Positions 9,921-21,000 of a DNA stretch of 60,068 bases are shown here, piece after piece. The translations under genes and the position numbers were made by a program. Below the pieces are notes generated by a model, which saw nothing but the letters and a program-made list of their open reading frames with translations, had not been told where the DNA came from and ran no database searches. Origin of the DNA: a phage; sequence record PZ445425.1, one strand, 5' to 3'. Numbering within the stretch: the stretch's first letter is position 1; each line of letters opens with the position of its first letter.

Positions 9921-12900
9921 TGGCCGAAACTGCTTCGCTAGTAATCAGGGTTGACGCGAAAGGGATTAGCACAGCGGACTCCATGCTGCGTAACCTTGCG
10001 CGTACAGGTGACACAGCGGAGCGTTCCGCTCAACGTGTCACATCCAGCTATAAGACATTGTCTAACGCATCTAACGAACTTGCAACTGTCACAAGTCGTT
10101 TAGATGCTGCAATTGTAGGAATGATTAGCGTCGACACCATTAACCGTGTTATTTCGCTATCGGACTCCTGGACTATCCTCACCAACAAACTTGAACTGGC
10201 TCGTACGGGTAATGAAACCGTTGCGGATGCACAGCAACGCGTGTTTGATATTGCCCAGCGGTCACGTACAAGCTTGGAAGCAACTGCAACTCTATATTCC
10301 CGTCTCCAGCGTGCAATGAAGAATACTGGTATGACAGGTATGGAGCTCGTGCGCATCACTGAAACAATCAACAAAGCAATGATCGTTTCTGGTGCAACGT
10401 CCCACGAAGCAAGTGCTGCTCTTATTCAGTTTTCGCAAGCGATGGCATCCGGTGTTTTGCGCGGGGATGAATTCCGATCTGTTGCGGAACAAGCTCCGCG
10501 CTTAACTCAAATCATGTCCGATTCGTTAGGCGTTACCATTGGACAATTGCGTGAGCTGGCCTACAGCGGCAAGTTAACCTCAGATGTGGTTATCAAATCG
10601 TTGTCTGGTGCTGCGGATACAATTGATAAAGAATTTAGCCGCACTATGCCAACGTTCAACCAGCAATGGACAGTTGCAACAAACAACCTCACTAAGTTTA
10701 TGGGCGAATCCCAAAAGACTCAAGGTGCGGTTGCTGCATTGGGTCAGACGTTTGTTGCGTTATCCAAAAACTTAGGAACGGTTGTAACAGTTGGTTCAGC
10801 TTTAGCCACAGTAATTACCGCCCGTATCATTACGGCAATGCTTGCTAAGACTAAAGCGTCTATAGCTGCTGCAAAAGCATCGCAGATGGAAGCTGCACAA
10901 ACGGCGGCAACTACTGCGGTGATGCAAAGCTCTATTGGCGTTACCGCGCAGAAAGCGGCTGCGGATCGTGCTGCTTCTCTTGCAGCGTTACAGGTTGCTC
11001 GCGGGTCATTAGCGGTTGCTAAAGGTACGGCAGCGGAAGCAGGCGCACGTCTTGCGCTTATTAACGCTACCCGTGCGCATTCTGCGGCAATTATGGCGGA
11101 CGTGCAAGCGCGGCAAGCGCTCAATGCTGCACTTAATGCAACTGTACCAGCCGCAAGCCGGGCAGCTACAGCAATGAGCGTGCTGCGCGGTGCTATGGGG
11201 TTAATTGGCGGTCCTGTTGGTGTAGCAATGCTGGCAGCGGGTGCAATTTACTCTTATAAAGCATCGCTGGAAGCTGGTCGTGCGGAAAACAATCAGTTTG
11301 CGGATAGTGTTGATTCTGTACGCGAGAAACTGATGCAGATGACAGAAGCTCAGTTGGCAGCTAACGCAGTTAAAGCTCGCGCAATCCTCCCCGAACTTGA
11401 AGAGCAAATGAAGCGGGAGCAAACTGCTCTTAAATCTGCAACGGAAACGCAGAAGTTCTATGAAGCACAATTAAAACGTCGTGCTGCGTCCGGTCGCGAT
11501 ACAGCTAGTGCCGAGAAGAACTTACAAATTGCAACGGATAACGTTAAGCTTGCTGCCGAGCGTGCTGAAGAAGCTCAACGCCGTTATAACAATGTCCTAG
11601 AAATGACAAGCCCTGCTATCGAGAAGATAATTCCGTTAGCTCGTCAGCTTGCTGCTGATATGAAGGCTGTTCTTAACATTAAATCAGGTCCACTTATTGA
11701 CGAGAAAGTCCTTGACCGTTTTAAAGGTCGGCTAGGTGATGTCAACCGTGAGATTGATGTTAACACGGTTAAGGGTGCTGGCAATGCTCGCCAAGCTGCA
11801 ATCCTTAGTGGACTGTATCAGACGCTGGGCAAGGATGCGGATACATACGGAAGTCTTATTCGCAAAGTAGCTATGGGCCAGGACGTTAGCTCAGAGGCAA
11901 CAAGCGAATCCGCTAAAGAGCTTGTTAAATATGCTCAAGATTTAGCGCAAGCTCTTGGCAAAAACTACGATCTTGAAGAAGCAGAGAGAAACCGGACTAA
12001 AGCTACAAAAGACGGTATTAAAGCAGAACAACAGAACGCCAAAGTTATTGACGATTTACGCAACAAGCTTAACGAAGTAACCACAGGAGTTAAGGAAAAC
12101 GCCAAAGCAAAAGCTCAAGCTGTGGCTTTAAACAAGCTCAATACGTCTGCAACTGCCGCGGAAAAAGCAGAAGTTATGAGTCTTGCTGCTGCGATTTATG
12201 AAGCGGAAGAAGCTCAAAAGAAACTGGACGAGCGTAAAAAGAATCGTAAAGTTGCTCAAGGTCTGTTAGATGAAGGTATGACGGACTATGAAAAAATCGC
12301 GTATGAGCAAAATACTAAGATTGCAGATCTTAATGCAAAACAACGGGCGGATGATTTAGCTTACTATCAGCTTTACGAAGATGCTAAAACCCAAGTGCTG
12401 AAAAAAGCAAGCATGGAAAGGGAAAACCTGGATAAAGTTCTTATGAACCGAATGATATCCTTTTCTCAGGAATCCTTAGGCATTATAATGGATGGGCTGT
12501 CACAGGCTGTAAGCCAGCAGAACTTCTTTTATAAAGCTATGTTTGCAGCACAGAAAGCAATGCAAATCCCATCAATCCTTGCCAACACGGAAACGGCAGC
12601 ATCTGCGGCGCTTGCATGGGGTACACAGCAAGGCGGTGCCACGATGGGTGCAACAATGGCGGCTATAGTGAAAACTATGGGTTATGCGTCCGCTGCCACT
12701 GTGGGTGGCTTAGCGATTGCTGGTATGGCTCACGACGGTATTGATAACGTTCCGCGTGAAGGTACATGGTTGCTGGATAAGGGTGAACGTGTACTTAATG
12801 CTCCGTCTAATGACAAGTTAAATCGCTTCCTGGATAGCCAAGCTTCACAACAAGGTGGCGTGAATATGTCCGGTGGTGTTAGCATTGTTCAGTATATCAC

Positions 12901-13036
12901 GGTGCAAGGAAATGGTGATGCAGCACTCACACAAGCCATGCAAAAAGCGGCCCGTGATGGCGCTGAGCAGGGATATAATAAAGTTCTTAATGACTTTGCA
13001 TCCCGAGGAACAATTCGTAGAACTGCAATGGGGTAA
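9920..13036 (+). CDS. tail tape measure protein
   Basis: 1038-aa Ala/Gln-rich largely helical protein right after the chaperone pair. Confidence 0.85.
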   Translation: MAETASLVIRVDAKGISTADSMLRNLARTGDTAERSAQRVTSSYKTLSNASNELATVTSRLDAAIVGMISVDTINRVISLSDSWTILTNKLELARTGNETVADAQQRVFDIAQRSRTSLEATATLYSRLQRAMKNTGMTGMELVRITETINKAMIVSGATSHEASAALIQFSQAMASGVLRGDEFRSVAEQAPRLTQIMSDSLGVTIGQLRELAYSGKLTSDVVIKSLSGAADTIDKEFSRTMPTFNQQWTVATNNLTKFMGESQKTQGAVAALGQTFVALSKNLGTVVTVGSALATVITARIITAMLAKTKASIAAAKASQMEAAQTAATTAVMQSSIGVTAQKAAADRAASLAALQVARGSLAVAKGTAAEAGARLALINATRAHSAAIMADVQARQALNAALNATVPAASRAATAMSVLRGAMGLIGGPVGVAMLAAGAIYSYKASLEAGRAENNQFADSVDSVREKLMQMTEAQLAANAVKARAILPELEEQMKREQTALKSATETQKFYEAQLKRRAASGRDTASAEKNLQIATDNVKLAAERAEEAQRRYNNVLEMTSPAIEKIIPLARQLAADMKAVLNIKSGPLIDEKVLDRFKGRLGDVNREIDVNTVKGAGNARQAAILSGLYQTLGKDADTYGSLIRKVAMGQDVSSEATSESAKELVKYAQDLAQALGKNYDLEEAERNRTKATKDGIKAEQQNAKVIDDLRNKLNEVTTGVKENAKAKAQAVALNKLNTSATAAEKAEVMSLAAAIYEAEEAQKKLDERKKNRKVAQGLLDEGMTDYEKIAYEQNTKIADLNAKQRADDLAYYQLYEDAKTQVLKKASMERENLDKVLMNRMISFSQESLGIIMDGLSQAVSQQNFFYKAMFAAQKAMQIPSILANTETAASAALAWGTQQGGATMGATMAAIVKTMGYASAATVGGLAIAGMAHDGIDNVPREGTWLLDKGERVLNAPSNDKLNRFLDSQASQQGGVNMSGGVSIVQYITVQGNGDAALTQAMQKAARDGAEQGYNKVLNDFASRGTIRRTAMG

Positions 13037-13039
13037 TAT

Positions 13040-13624
13040 ATGCTCACTTGGCCCGAAGAAATTAGACCGTCTGAGATGGAATGGTATCTAGTTTCAAACT
13101 CTGTAGAATTTACAAGCCCCTTCAATGGGGCTTCCCAAACTGTGTCCTATCCTGGATCACGATGGGAAGCAACGTTGACATTTAGTAATTTAAATGACTG
13201 GCAATCCAGAAAGCTCGAATCGACATTAGCTAAGCTTGATGGTAAAGCTGGTCGAATTATGCTTCAAGATTTTGGTCGTTGGGGACGTGCACCGATTGGA
13301 TCACCTGTGGTTAACGGTGCAAACAATACAGGGACAACTTTATCAACTAAAGGTTGGACACCTAATAGAAAGGTTTTATGGGAAGGGGATTACATCGCAG
13401 TAAACGATGAATTAAAATTAATAACCGAGGATGCTTGGAGCGATTCTTCTGGCAACGTGATATTAAATATCGCCCCGATGCTAAGGACTATTCCACCGAA
13501 TGGAGCTAAAATCGAAACTCAAAAGCCACAAGGGGCTTTCCGGTTAGCGGAAAATACTAACGGGGTTAAGCGTCAGCCAGCTTTTAATAATTCATTCACT
13601 CTAAAATTCTCGGAGGCGTTCTAA
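13040..13624 (+). CDS. minor tail protein (putative)
   Basis: 194 aa, follows tape measure; synteny. Confidence 0.45.
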   Translation: MLTWPEEIRPSEMEWYLVSNSVEFTSPFNGASQTVSYPGSRWEATLTFSNLNDWQSRKLESTLAKLDGKAGRIMLQDFGRWGRAPIGSPVVNGANNTGTTLSTKGWTPNRKVLWEGDYIAVNDELKLITEDAWSDSSGNVILNIAPMLRTIPPNGAKIETQKPQGAFRLAENTNGVKRQPAFNNSFTLKFSEAF

Positions 13625-14208
13625 TGCTATTCAGTCCTTTCAGCGATACGCTTCTCAACGCAATGGAGCAGTCGAACGTTAGTCTGGTACTTGCTGCGGA
13701 AATTGACTTTCCTTCTGGTGTAACGCGTGTGCATACTGGGACAGGGGTTGTTGTTATTAATGGTCAGACTTTCCTTGGCGTTGGTACTCTTGGGGACGTT
13801 GGGTCAGTGACTGAGGAAAACAGCACTAGCTCCAGCACAATGTCCATGGCGCTTAGCGGTCTGGACATGAGTCTTGTTGGGGAGACATTAAATGAAGAAG
13901 TTATCGGGCGTAATGTTGTTTGCTATATTGCAGTGATGAACGATCAAGGTAACGTCATTGCTGCTAATATTTTATTTGAAGGTTTTATTACCGACACGGC
14001 ATTACAAGCTGGTCAACAGAATGCATTGAGTTATGTTATTTCCAACGTGTTTGAGCGTTGGTCACAAGGTTTACCGGATCGCTATACAGATGAAAGTCAA
14101 CAGCGTTTATATCCAGGCGACCGTTTCTTTAGATACATTGCACAAATGGCTGAACGTTCAATCTTTTGGGGGAGTAAGAAAGATGCGCCAGGGTTCTCCT
14201 ATGAGTAA
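13624..14208 (+). CDS. minor tail protein (putative)
   Basis: 194 aa, start overlaps preceding stop. Confidence 0.45.
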   Translation: MLFSPFSDTLLNAMEQSNVSLVLAAEIDFPSGVTRVHTGTGVVVINGQTFLGVGTLGDVGSVTEENSTSSSTMSMALSGLDMSLVGETLNEEVIGRNVVCYIAVMNDQGNVIAANILFEGFITDTALQAGQQNALSYVISNVFERWSQGLPDRYTDESQQRLYPGDRFFRYIAQMAERSIFWGSKKDAPGFSYE

Positions 14209-14617
14209 GTTGCCGGGCTGGCAGACACGTTTATTAACCACAGTAAAGGAGTTGTCATCGACTCCTTTTTCTTGGGGTGAGAATGATTGCTGCACCTTCG
14301 CGGCAAAATGTGTTGATGCTCAATACGGCACAAATATCTACGAACAAGTCGCTGGAAAATATAGTACAGAGCTTGGAAGTAAAAAGTTCACTATTGAAAG
14401 AGTTGGAACCGCTTACCTTCCATTGTTATTGGATACCTACCTCAGCGAACGCGTTGACAAGAACTATGCGCAAAGAGGTGATGTGGTTACATTTGAGGGA
14501 GCATTGGGCTTAACTGCTGGCATATTATGGACGGGATATGTATGGGCTATGGGTCCGAACGGTGTGGAAACATTCCCGCTTAATAAGATCAAAATTACGG
14601 ATATTTGGAGGGTCTAA
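14201..14617 (+). CDS. tail assembly protein, possible peptidase-like (K-like)
   Basis: Track ORF 14033..14617 trimmed to ATG 14201 (ATGA overlap with upstream stop); contains SWGENDCC motif. Confidence 0.35.
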   Translation: MSKLPGWQTRLLTTVKELSSTPFSWGENDCCTFAAKCVDAQYGTNIYEQVAGKYSTELGSKKFTIERVGTAYLPLLLDTYLSERVDKNYAQRGDVVTFEGALGLTAGILWTGYVWAMGPNGVETFPLNKIKITDIWRV

Positions 14618-17600
14618 TGCCACCAGCAATAATTGGAGCAGCGATAGCTTTAGGTGCGTCGGCTGCTGCTGCGGCTAGTATTATTTCGGCTACTACCGCT
14701 CTCGTTATCGGTATTGCTGCAACCGCGGCAGGTGCTCTTTTGTCTAAGACACCAAATATGAACTTTGATGCTTACAAGGGGCAGCAAGAGCGTAAACAGG
14801 TTCTGCGTGCAGCTACAGCGTCACGTTCTGTTGTATATGGCACGACTGTAGCGTCCGGACTATTAGCATTTGCGGAGGAAGAAGCTGGAGATCAAGATGA
14901 AGGTGAATGGATGCATCTTGTTGTCGTTCTTGCTAGTCATAAATTGGAAGGTATTGAAACGATTTGGTTGGGTGATGACGGAATTGATTGGTTTGGTGAA
15001 AACGCTACTTGGGAGTTCCATAACGACCGTCAGACTGTTGACCCATTCATGTTAAAACATTGTCCTTCCTGGAAGGAGGATATGATTGGCAAGGGTATTG
15101 CATGGCTACGTTTAAGCTTAAAGTTTGATGCTGAAAAATTCCCATCCGGTTTGCCAAACGTCAAGGTGTTGAAAAAGGGACGTAGAGTTTATGACCCACG
15201 TTCCGGTCAAACTGTCTTTAGCGATAACGCTGCTCTTGTTATTCTTGATTATTTCCGCACGTATTTAAAGCGCAAGGACGAGAATATTAACTGGGACCAA
15301 TTCAAGGAAGCTGCTAACATCTGCGATGAGTTTGTTACTAACGCAGATAATACTACGGAAAGACGCTATCGCATTAACGGTGAGTTTGAAGTGGACGAAG
15401 CACCTGCCAAAATCCTTGATGCTATGCTTGAAGCTTGCGGTGGGGAACTAACCTATATTGGCGGCAAGCATGGTCTGTTAGTTGGCGCTTATTACGGCCC
15501 AGCTACCATGACTTTGGATGAAAGCTGCATTGCTGGGGATATTAAAATAATCCCTGAGACATCTTATAAAGAGCGTACAAATACCATTACAGGTACATTC
15601 GTCGACCCGAAGCAAACATATGCTGAAGCAGATTTTCCTCCAGTTGTGGTTAAGGAATGGGTGGAAAAAGATGGCGGTGAAATAACGCAAGACATGGATT
15701 TCCGCTTTGTTACAAGTGAATATCAAGCTCAACGTCTTGCTAATATTATTTTACGTCGTAAGCGTGTTGGTCGAACAATTGAAGTGCCGTGTAACATGAA
15801 GGGGTATAAATTCCGCCCCGGCATGTATGTCAACGTAACCATTTCAAATATCGGAATGAAAAACGTTGAGATGCGCGTTACTAAATGGTCATTCGATCCT
15901 AAAGGTGGGATTAATCTTGTCCTTCGTCAAGATTTCCTGGAAATGTGGGACGACGCTATTGGTAAACCAATGGAGCGCCCGGATCTGGTAGACCTTCCGT
16001 CTGGTGCTATTGCTCAACCGCAAAACCTTCAGTATCAGGTATTGCAAATTAGCGATGTTGTGCAGGGTGTTTTAACGTGGAGCAATATTGGACAGGTGGC
16101 ATATAACCGCGTAGCCGTGCGACAGGGAGGTACAACGGTTTGGACCGCACAAGTCCCTGGCCAAAACGTTCGCGTTACTGGGCTGCTGCGGGGCGCGTAT
16201 ACAGCGCATGTTCAAGCGGTAGCTTATAGCGGGGCAATATCGCCTGAAGCATATCTGGAATTTAATATTCAGGCTCCGCCGCCACCAACATCTATTGAAG
16301 TACAACAGGGTTACTTTGCTATAAGCCTGATCCCTAAATCTGCGGACCTTGCAAACGTTAGCACGCAGTATGATTTTTGGACTTCCGGTGAAACAAGATT
16401 GTCATCTGTGTCTACAGACGTTGTTGAGCGTGAAGCAACTCGTAAAGGTATGGGCACAACCTGGACTTCGGAAGGTTTGAAGAATGACCACACTTATTAC
16501 TGGTATGTCCGCACCATTAACGCTTTCGGATCATCTGCATTTGTAGAAGTAGCTGCATTGTGCTTTACAACAGCTACAGATTTGATGCCACAAATTGATT
16601 CTGAATTCAAGAAGACGGAGACTTATAAAGAGCTCACTACTGAAATCACAGGTGTTAAAGATGGAGTTACTCAGCTTAGCCAAACTGTAGTGCAAACTGA
16701 AAAGCGTTTAAGTCAAAGCGTTAGCAATGTTCAACAAAGCGTTATCACTTTGGATGGTGTTGTTCAGGATCATGGCGTTACCATTAATAAACAAGGACAG
16801 CTCATCGATGCACAGGGTAAGTTGATTGACACTCAAGGTAAGACTATTGAAACGGTTAGCGCGACCGTGCAGGAGACAAGTAAAGCAGTTGTAGATCTGG
16901 AAGGTAATGTTAACGCTCAATGGGGTGCTAAAGTACAGGTAGATAGTAAAGGGCAAAAATACGTTGCTGGTATGCAGTTAGGTATGGAAGGGTCCGGTGG
17001 AGCTGTTCAGTCTTACTTCATGGTAAGCGCTAACAACTTTGCTATCTATAACCCGACAAATAGCGTAGCAGAACTAGCATTTGCTGTTAAGAACGGTCAA
17101 GTGTTCATGAAGGCTGCGTTTATTGAAAATGGTACTATTGACAGCGCTAAAATTTCAAATCAAATTCAGTCAACAAACTACGCAAACAATAGCGCGGGTT
17201 GGATGATTAACAAGAATGGTAGCGCTCAGTTTAACAACGTAACGATAAGAGGTACTGTATACGCTAGCAACGGATCTTTCACAGGCACAGTGAACGCAAC
17301 AAGCGGTAAATTCAAGGGTACTGTGGAAGCTACCAGTTTTGTGGGTGATGTTGCGAATATGTGTGTCATTGCTGAGTCTGCAATACCAAACACACAAACT
17401 ACAAGTTCAAGAACCTGGACAAAAACTTTCAAAGACTCATCTGGTTCAACATTATCTAAAGACTTTGTGTTGCTATTAAGTTATACTTTAACCGCATATA
17501 AATCAAATCAGGCAAGTCGTATAATTGTGACTGCTAACATAGGGGGGACATCAATTACAAGGAGGATTGAGCGAGCTGCTAATGGTCCTGCCATGGATGT

Positions 17601-17739
17601 AACCATACCTTTAGCAGTGAAAGGAAAGACAGCGTCGAGCGTAACAATAAGCGTTAAGGAGGAATATACGAACGTCTATGGGAGCTACTTGCGCCCGTCT
17701 GTAATATTAATGAGTCGCGGAACTGGTAGTTGGTCGTAA
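14617..17739 (+). CDS. central tail fibre / host specificity protein (J-like)
   Basis: About 1040 aa; start taken at ATG 14617 (RBS GGAGGG, TAATG overlap); hydrophobic N-terminus. Confidence 0.6.
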   Translation: MPPAIIGAAIALGASAAAAASIISATTALVIGIAATAAGALLSKTPNMNFDAYKGQQERKQVLRAATASRSVVYGTTVASGLLAFAEEEAGDQDEGEWMHLVVVLASHKLEGIETIWLGDDGIDWFGENATWEFHNDRQTVDPFMLKHCPSWKEDMIGKGIAWLRLSLKFDAEKFPSGLPNVKVLKKGRRVYDPRSGQTVFSDNAALVILDYFRTYLKRKDENINWDQFKEAANICDEFVTNADNTTERRYRINGEFEVDEAPAKILDAMLEACGGELTYIGGKHGLLVGAYYGPATMTLDESCIAGDIKIIPETSYKERTNTITGTFVDPKQTYAEADFPPVVVKEWVEKDGGEITQDMDFRFVTSEYQAQRLANIILRRKRVGRTIEVPCNMKGYKFRPGMYVNVTISNIGMKNVEMRVTKWSFDPKGGINLVLRQDFLEMWDDAIGKPMERPDLVDLPSGAIAQPQNLQYQVLQISDVVQGVLTWSNIGQVAYNRVAVRQGGTTVWTAQVPGQNVRVTGLLRGAYTAHVQAVAYSGAISPEAYLEFNIQAPPPPTSIEVQQGYFAISLIPKSADLANVSTQYDFWTSGETRLSSVSTDVVEREATRKGMGTTWTSEGLKNDHTYYWYVRTINAFGSSAFVEVAALCFTTATDLMPQIDSEFKKTETYKELTTEITGVKDGVTQLSQTVVQTEKRLSQSVSNVQQSVITLDGVVQDHGVTINKQGQLIDAQGKLIDTQGKTIETVSATVQETSKAVVDLEGNVNAQWGAKVQVDSKGQKYVAGMQLGMEGSGGAVQSYFMVSANNFAIYNPTNSVAELAFAVKNGQVFMKAAFIENGTIDSAKISNQIQSTNYANNSAGWMINKNGSAQFNNVTIRGTVYASNGSFTGTVNATSGKFKGTVEATSFVGDVANMCVIAESAIPNTQTTSSRTWTKTFKDSSGSTLSKDFVLLLSYTLTAYKSNQASRIIVTANIGGTSITRRIERAANGPAMDVTIPLAVKGKTASSVTISVKEEYTNVYGSYLRPSVILMSRGTGSWS

Positions 17740-17744
17740 TAAAT

Positions 17745-17775
17745 AATTAACCCCTCAAACGAGGGGTTAATTTTC
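17745..17775. terminator. bidirectional intrinsic terminator
   Basis: Perfect 12-bp palindrome aattaacccctc-aaac-gaggggttaatt with T-run; lies between convergent genes. Confidence 0.7.
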
Positions 17776-18007
17776 AATAAGCAATCACACAGTTTGAAGG
17801 TGAACCAATTCGTCGGTATTCATGATCAATCTCATGGCACCATTGCCCAGTCATTGGAAGCTTTTCGGTATCATAAATTAAAGAACCGTTACCATCACGG
17901 TCTAACGGTTTTGGAATAACGCCGGAATTAGGTTTACCCGTATTTAAACCGTTACCACATGCAGTGAGGGATAAAGTTAATGCCAGCATAATTAAAGCGC
18001 GTTTCAT
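17774..18007 (-). CDS. small lipoprotein, candidate receptor-blocking superinfection-exclusion factor
   Basis: 77 aa with signal peptide and lipobox LTAC; only minus-strand gene in the tail module, sitting between two fibre genes. Confidence 0.55.
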   Translation of the reverse strand: MKRALIMLALTLSLTACGNGLNTGKPNSGVIPKPLDRDGNGSLIYDTEKLPMTGQWCHEIDHEYRRIGSPSNCVIAY

Positions 18008-18089
18008 TGGGACTCCTTTGTGTTGTTGTCAAGGTTCAATTCTAATATACTTGTTGTGTTGAGTAAGTCAAATAAATGTGGGAGATATT

Positions 18090-21000
18090 ATGGCAACTCG
18101 TTTACGTGGTACTTTAGTTGATGGTTTAAATAAACCAATTGTCAACGCTACAGTTGCGCTTTTAGCGAAAGGGAATAGCTTATTGGTATTGTCCGGTAGT
18201 GAAGCTATCTTTAAAACAAGCGCAACCGGAACATATGATATTACCGTCCAAACAGGCTATTACAAGGTTATTATCGGTCCACAAGGTAGCGAGCCTTATA
18301 AAGCTGGTGAAATTGCTATTTACGCGGACAGTAAAGAAGGTACGCTGAATAACTATTTAACTTCCTGGGCGCCAGAAGAGTTAACTCCAGAAGTTATTGC
18401 ACAGGTTAAAGATTTAGTTTCACAAGCTGAGACAGCTAAGAATGCTTCAGCTTCGTCAGCTACTAAATCCGAGCAGGAGCGAGTTAAAGCAGAAGCTGCT
18501 GCTAAAAAGGCGGAAGACACTGCTAATGGTATGAAGGCGTCTATTGGTTTAACAAATAACCCTCGAGATTGTCCAGATATCTCCGGCAATCCTTCTTCCT
18601 TTTTAGGCTTTCTACGAATTATGGAAAGTGCAATTGGCTGGCCTTCTGTAGCTTCAGGTGAGCGTTATTTATCCGGTTTTATTTGCCCAACTTTAGGGAG
18701 CGATCCAACATTCACTGGGCTATTTATAGGGTATCTTACTGGTAGCACTTATACTTATAAATGGAACCCATCTAGCGGACCTTTGTGGTATAAACATATC
18801 AAGTCCTCGGAAATAGATAGATATAGTCAATTATCCGATTCCACTGCTATTTATAATGCATCAAAGAGCGCTAGCCTTGTCATAAAAGATACTAAAACTT
18901 GGGGAGCTTGGGACAATCAAACTTCCAAATATATACCTCTTGCAATAGCTCAGGGTGGTACAGGAGGAGTTACTGACGCGGATGCTCGTACTAACCTAGG
19001 ATTAGGGCGGAGTAGTTCACCCACATTTGGTCATTTAAATCTTCTTGTTGAAAGTGATTCAGCACTAGCTTCATCAGGAATGATTAATCAGTATTTACGT
19101 AATACTAATGGGACACAGAGGGCTCGTAGCAGAATTTATTCTGAAATAAGAGGCGACAATAAAGCGTGGTTAACACTTCATCTCCAATCGGATGCCGCGA
19201 CAAATAAATATGCCGGTTTAAGTATTGATGGTAACTTCCAGATTAATGGAAGCTTTATCGGTAGTGCTTTGAGCCTTACCGATGTTGCTACCTCTAAAGT
19301 AAATCTGCAAATTAATAGGTTTGTTCAGAACACTGGTGAAACTGATGTGGTTAACCATGCAGCGACAGCTCAAATTTTTATCACTGATAATAAAAATTGG
19401 GGGGCTTACGATAAAGAATTAAAACGACATATTCCGTTACCCGTTTCACAGGGTGGAACTGGAGCGGTTACTATTGGTGACGCTAAGACAAATTTACAAA
19501 TACCTTCTGTTGGTGCTGGAGACTGGTTGGAGATTGCTGCTCCTTCTGGCGTTGAAGCGGGGAAATATTATCCAATTGTAATCAAAGCTCAATATGCCTC
19601 TTTATATGCTTCTGGTTTCTTTATAGATATACAAACTAGAAGCTCTAGCGGTTCGGATCCTATGAACTGTTGTACATTTAACGGATTCATACGAACAGGT
19701 GGTTGGTCGGATAGGAAAGACGCTGGCTATGGATACTATAACCGATATGGTTCTAATGAGCTTGCTTTAAAATGCATATTGGTATCCGCTAAGAATGCTG
19801 AAGACAATATAGCTGTATATGTAGAAGGTAGAGCATTCCCAGTGAAAATGCGCATACCTCAATTTTGCACAGCTACGGCAGTCGCTTCAGCTTCTACATA
19901 TGGTGAAGTGACATTTGCTTGGGGTACATCCAATCCTGCTACAGATTCAGTTGGGGTAAATACCCTATTTGATTTCTCTTTAAATAGAGTTGGTTTTTAT
20001 CAAGCATCTACTGTAGGAAACTATTATATTGGTAACGGCCAACGTATAGTTCTTTCTAATGGGATGTCCGTAGGGGATGAATTAAGCTTAACCACACCTA
20101 AGATTACTTTCAGTGGCACAGTAGCAGCGGGTAACGGTTTTATTGCGGATGGGACGTCTGTATCCAATGCTACTTTTTATAGTCGTTATCGTGTCGGTGA
20201 TACTATTTACGGTGCGGAGTTCCGAGCTAGTGAGAATGCAGCTCAGGTTATTGTTAGAGATCCGACAGGAACTAACCATCAATTCTTCAACTTTAATCTT
20301 AACGGAAGCTTCAGTCCGCCAAACGGATTATTGTCTTCTACTGGTGTGGATTGGAACAGTCAAATTAATACCGTCAATAAGTTCTATGGAATTGCTGGAC
20401 AAGTTAACACACCAGAAAATAATGTGGTTTATGGTGGTATCCATGTAGGATTTAGCGGAAACTATGCCTTTCAGATATGCGGAAGAAATGGTAAATCATT
20501 CTTTAGAACAGTTGAGGCTGGACAAGAAGGGCAATGGAATAGGCTCCTTGTCAAAAACGACTATGGTGTAGGTTCTGTTGCCGAAAATCTGCCGAACGAC
20601 GCGTCTAGCGGTTTTTATTCGGACTCCAAAGCAATTTCTTGGGCTCCTGGTAGTGGAGCGGGCTTTCAGTCGTCCTATGATGCAAACAGAATATGGCAAT
20701 TTTGGTTAAACCAACAATCGCAAGCTCTTTTTCGTTATAACGATAGCGGTAACGCGCAAGCGTCTAAGACAGACAGACCTTGGACAACGCTTCAAGCTGC
20801 TGGTACATCTGATATTAATTTCAAGCGTGTGCACGGTGAAATGGACACAGATGTTGCGTTAGATAATATTAGCAAGCTTGAATTTGTTTATTTCAACTAC
20901 TTGTCCGATGGTCCGGAGCGTGACATTCGCAGAGGTATCATAGCGCAACAGGCCCAGGAAGTTGATCCTGAATATGTACATAGTGCTGAAACATCCGGAA

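Noticed and set aside
14033-14200. Upstream portion of track ORF 14033..14617
   Set aside because: It would overlap the preceding gene by 176 nt in another frame; the ATG at 14201 gives a standard ATGA overlap.
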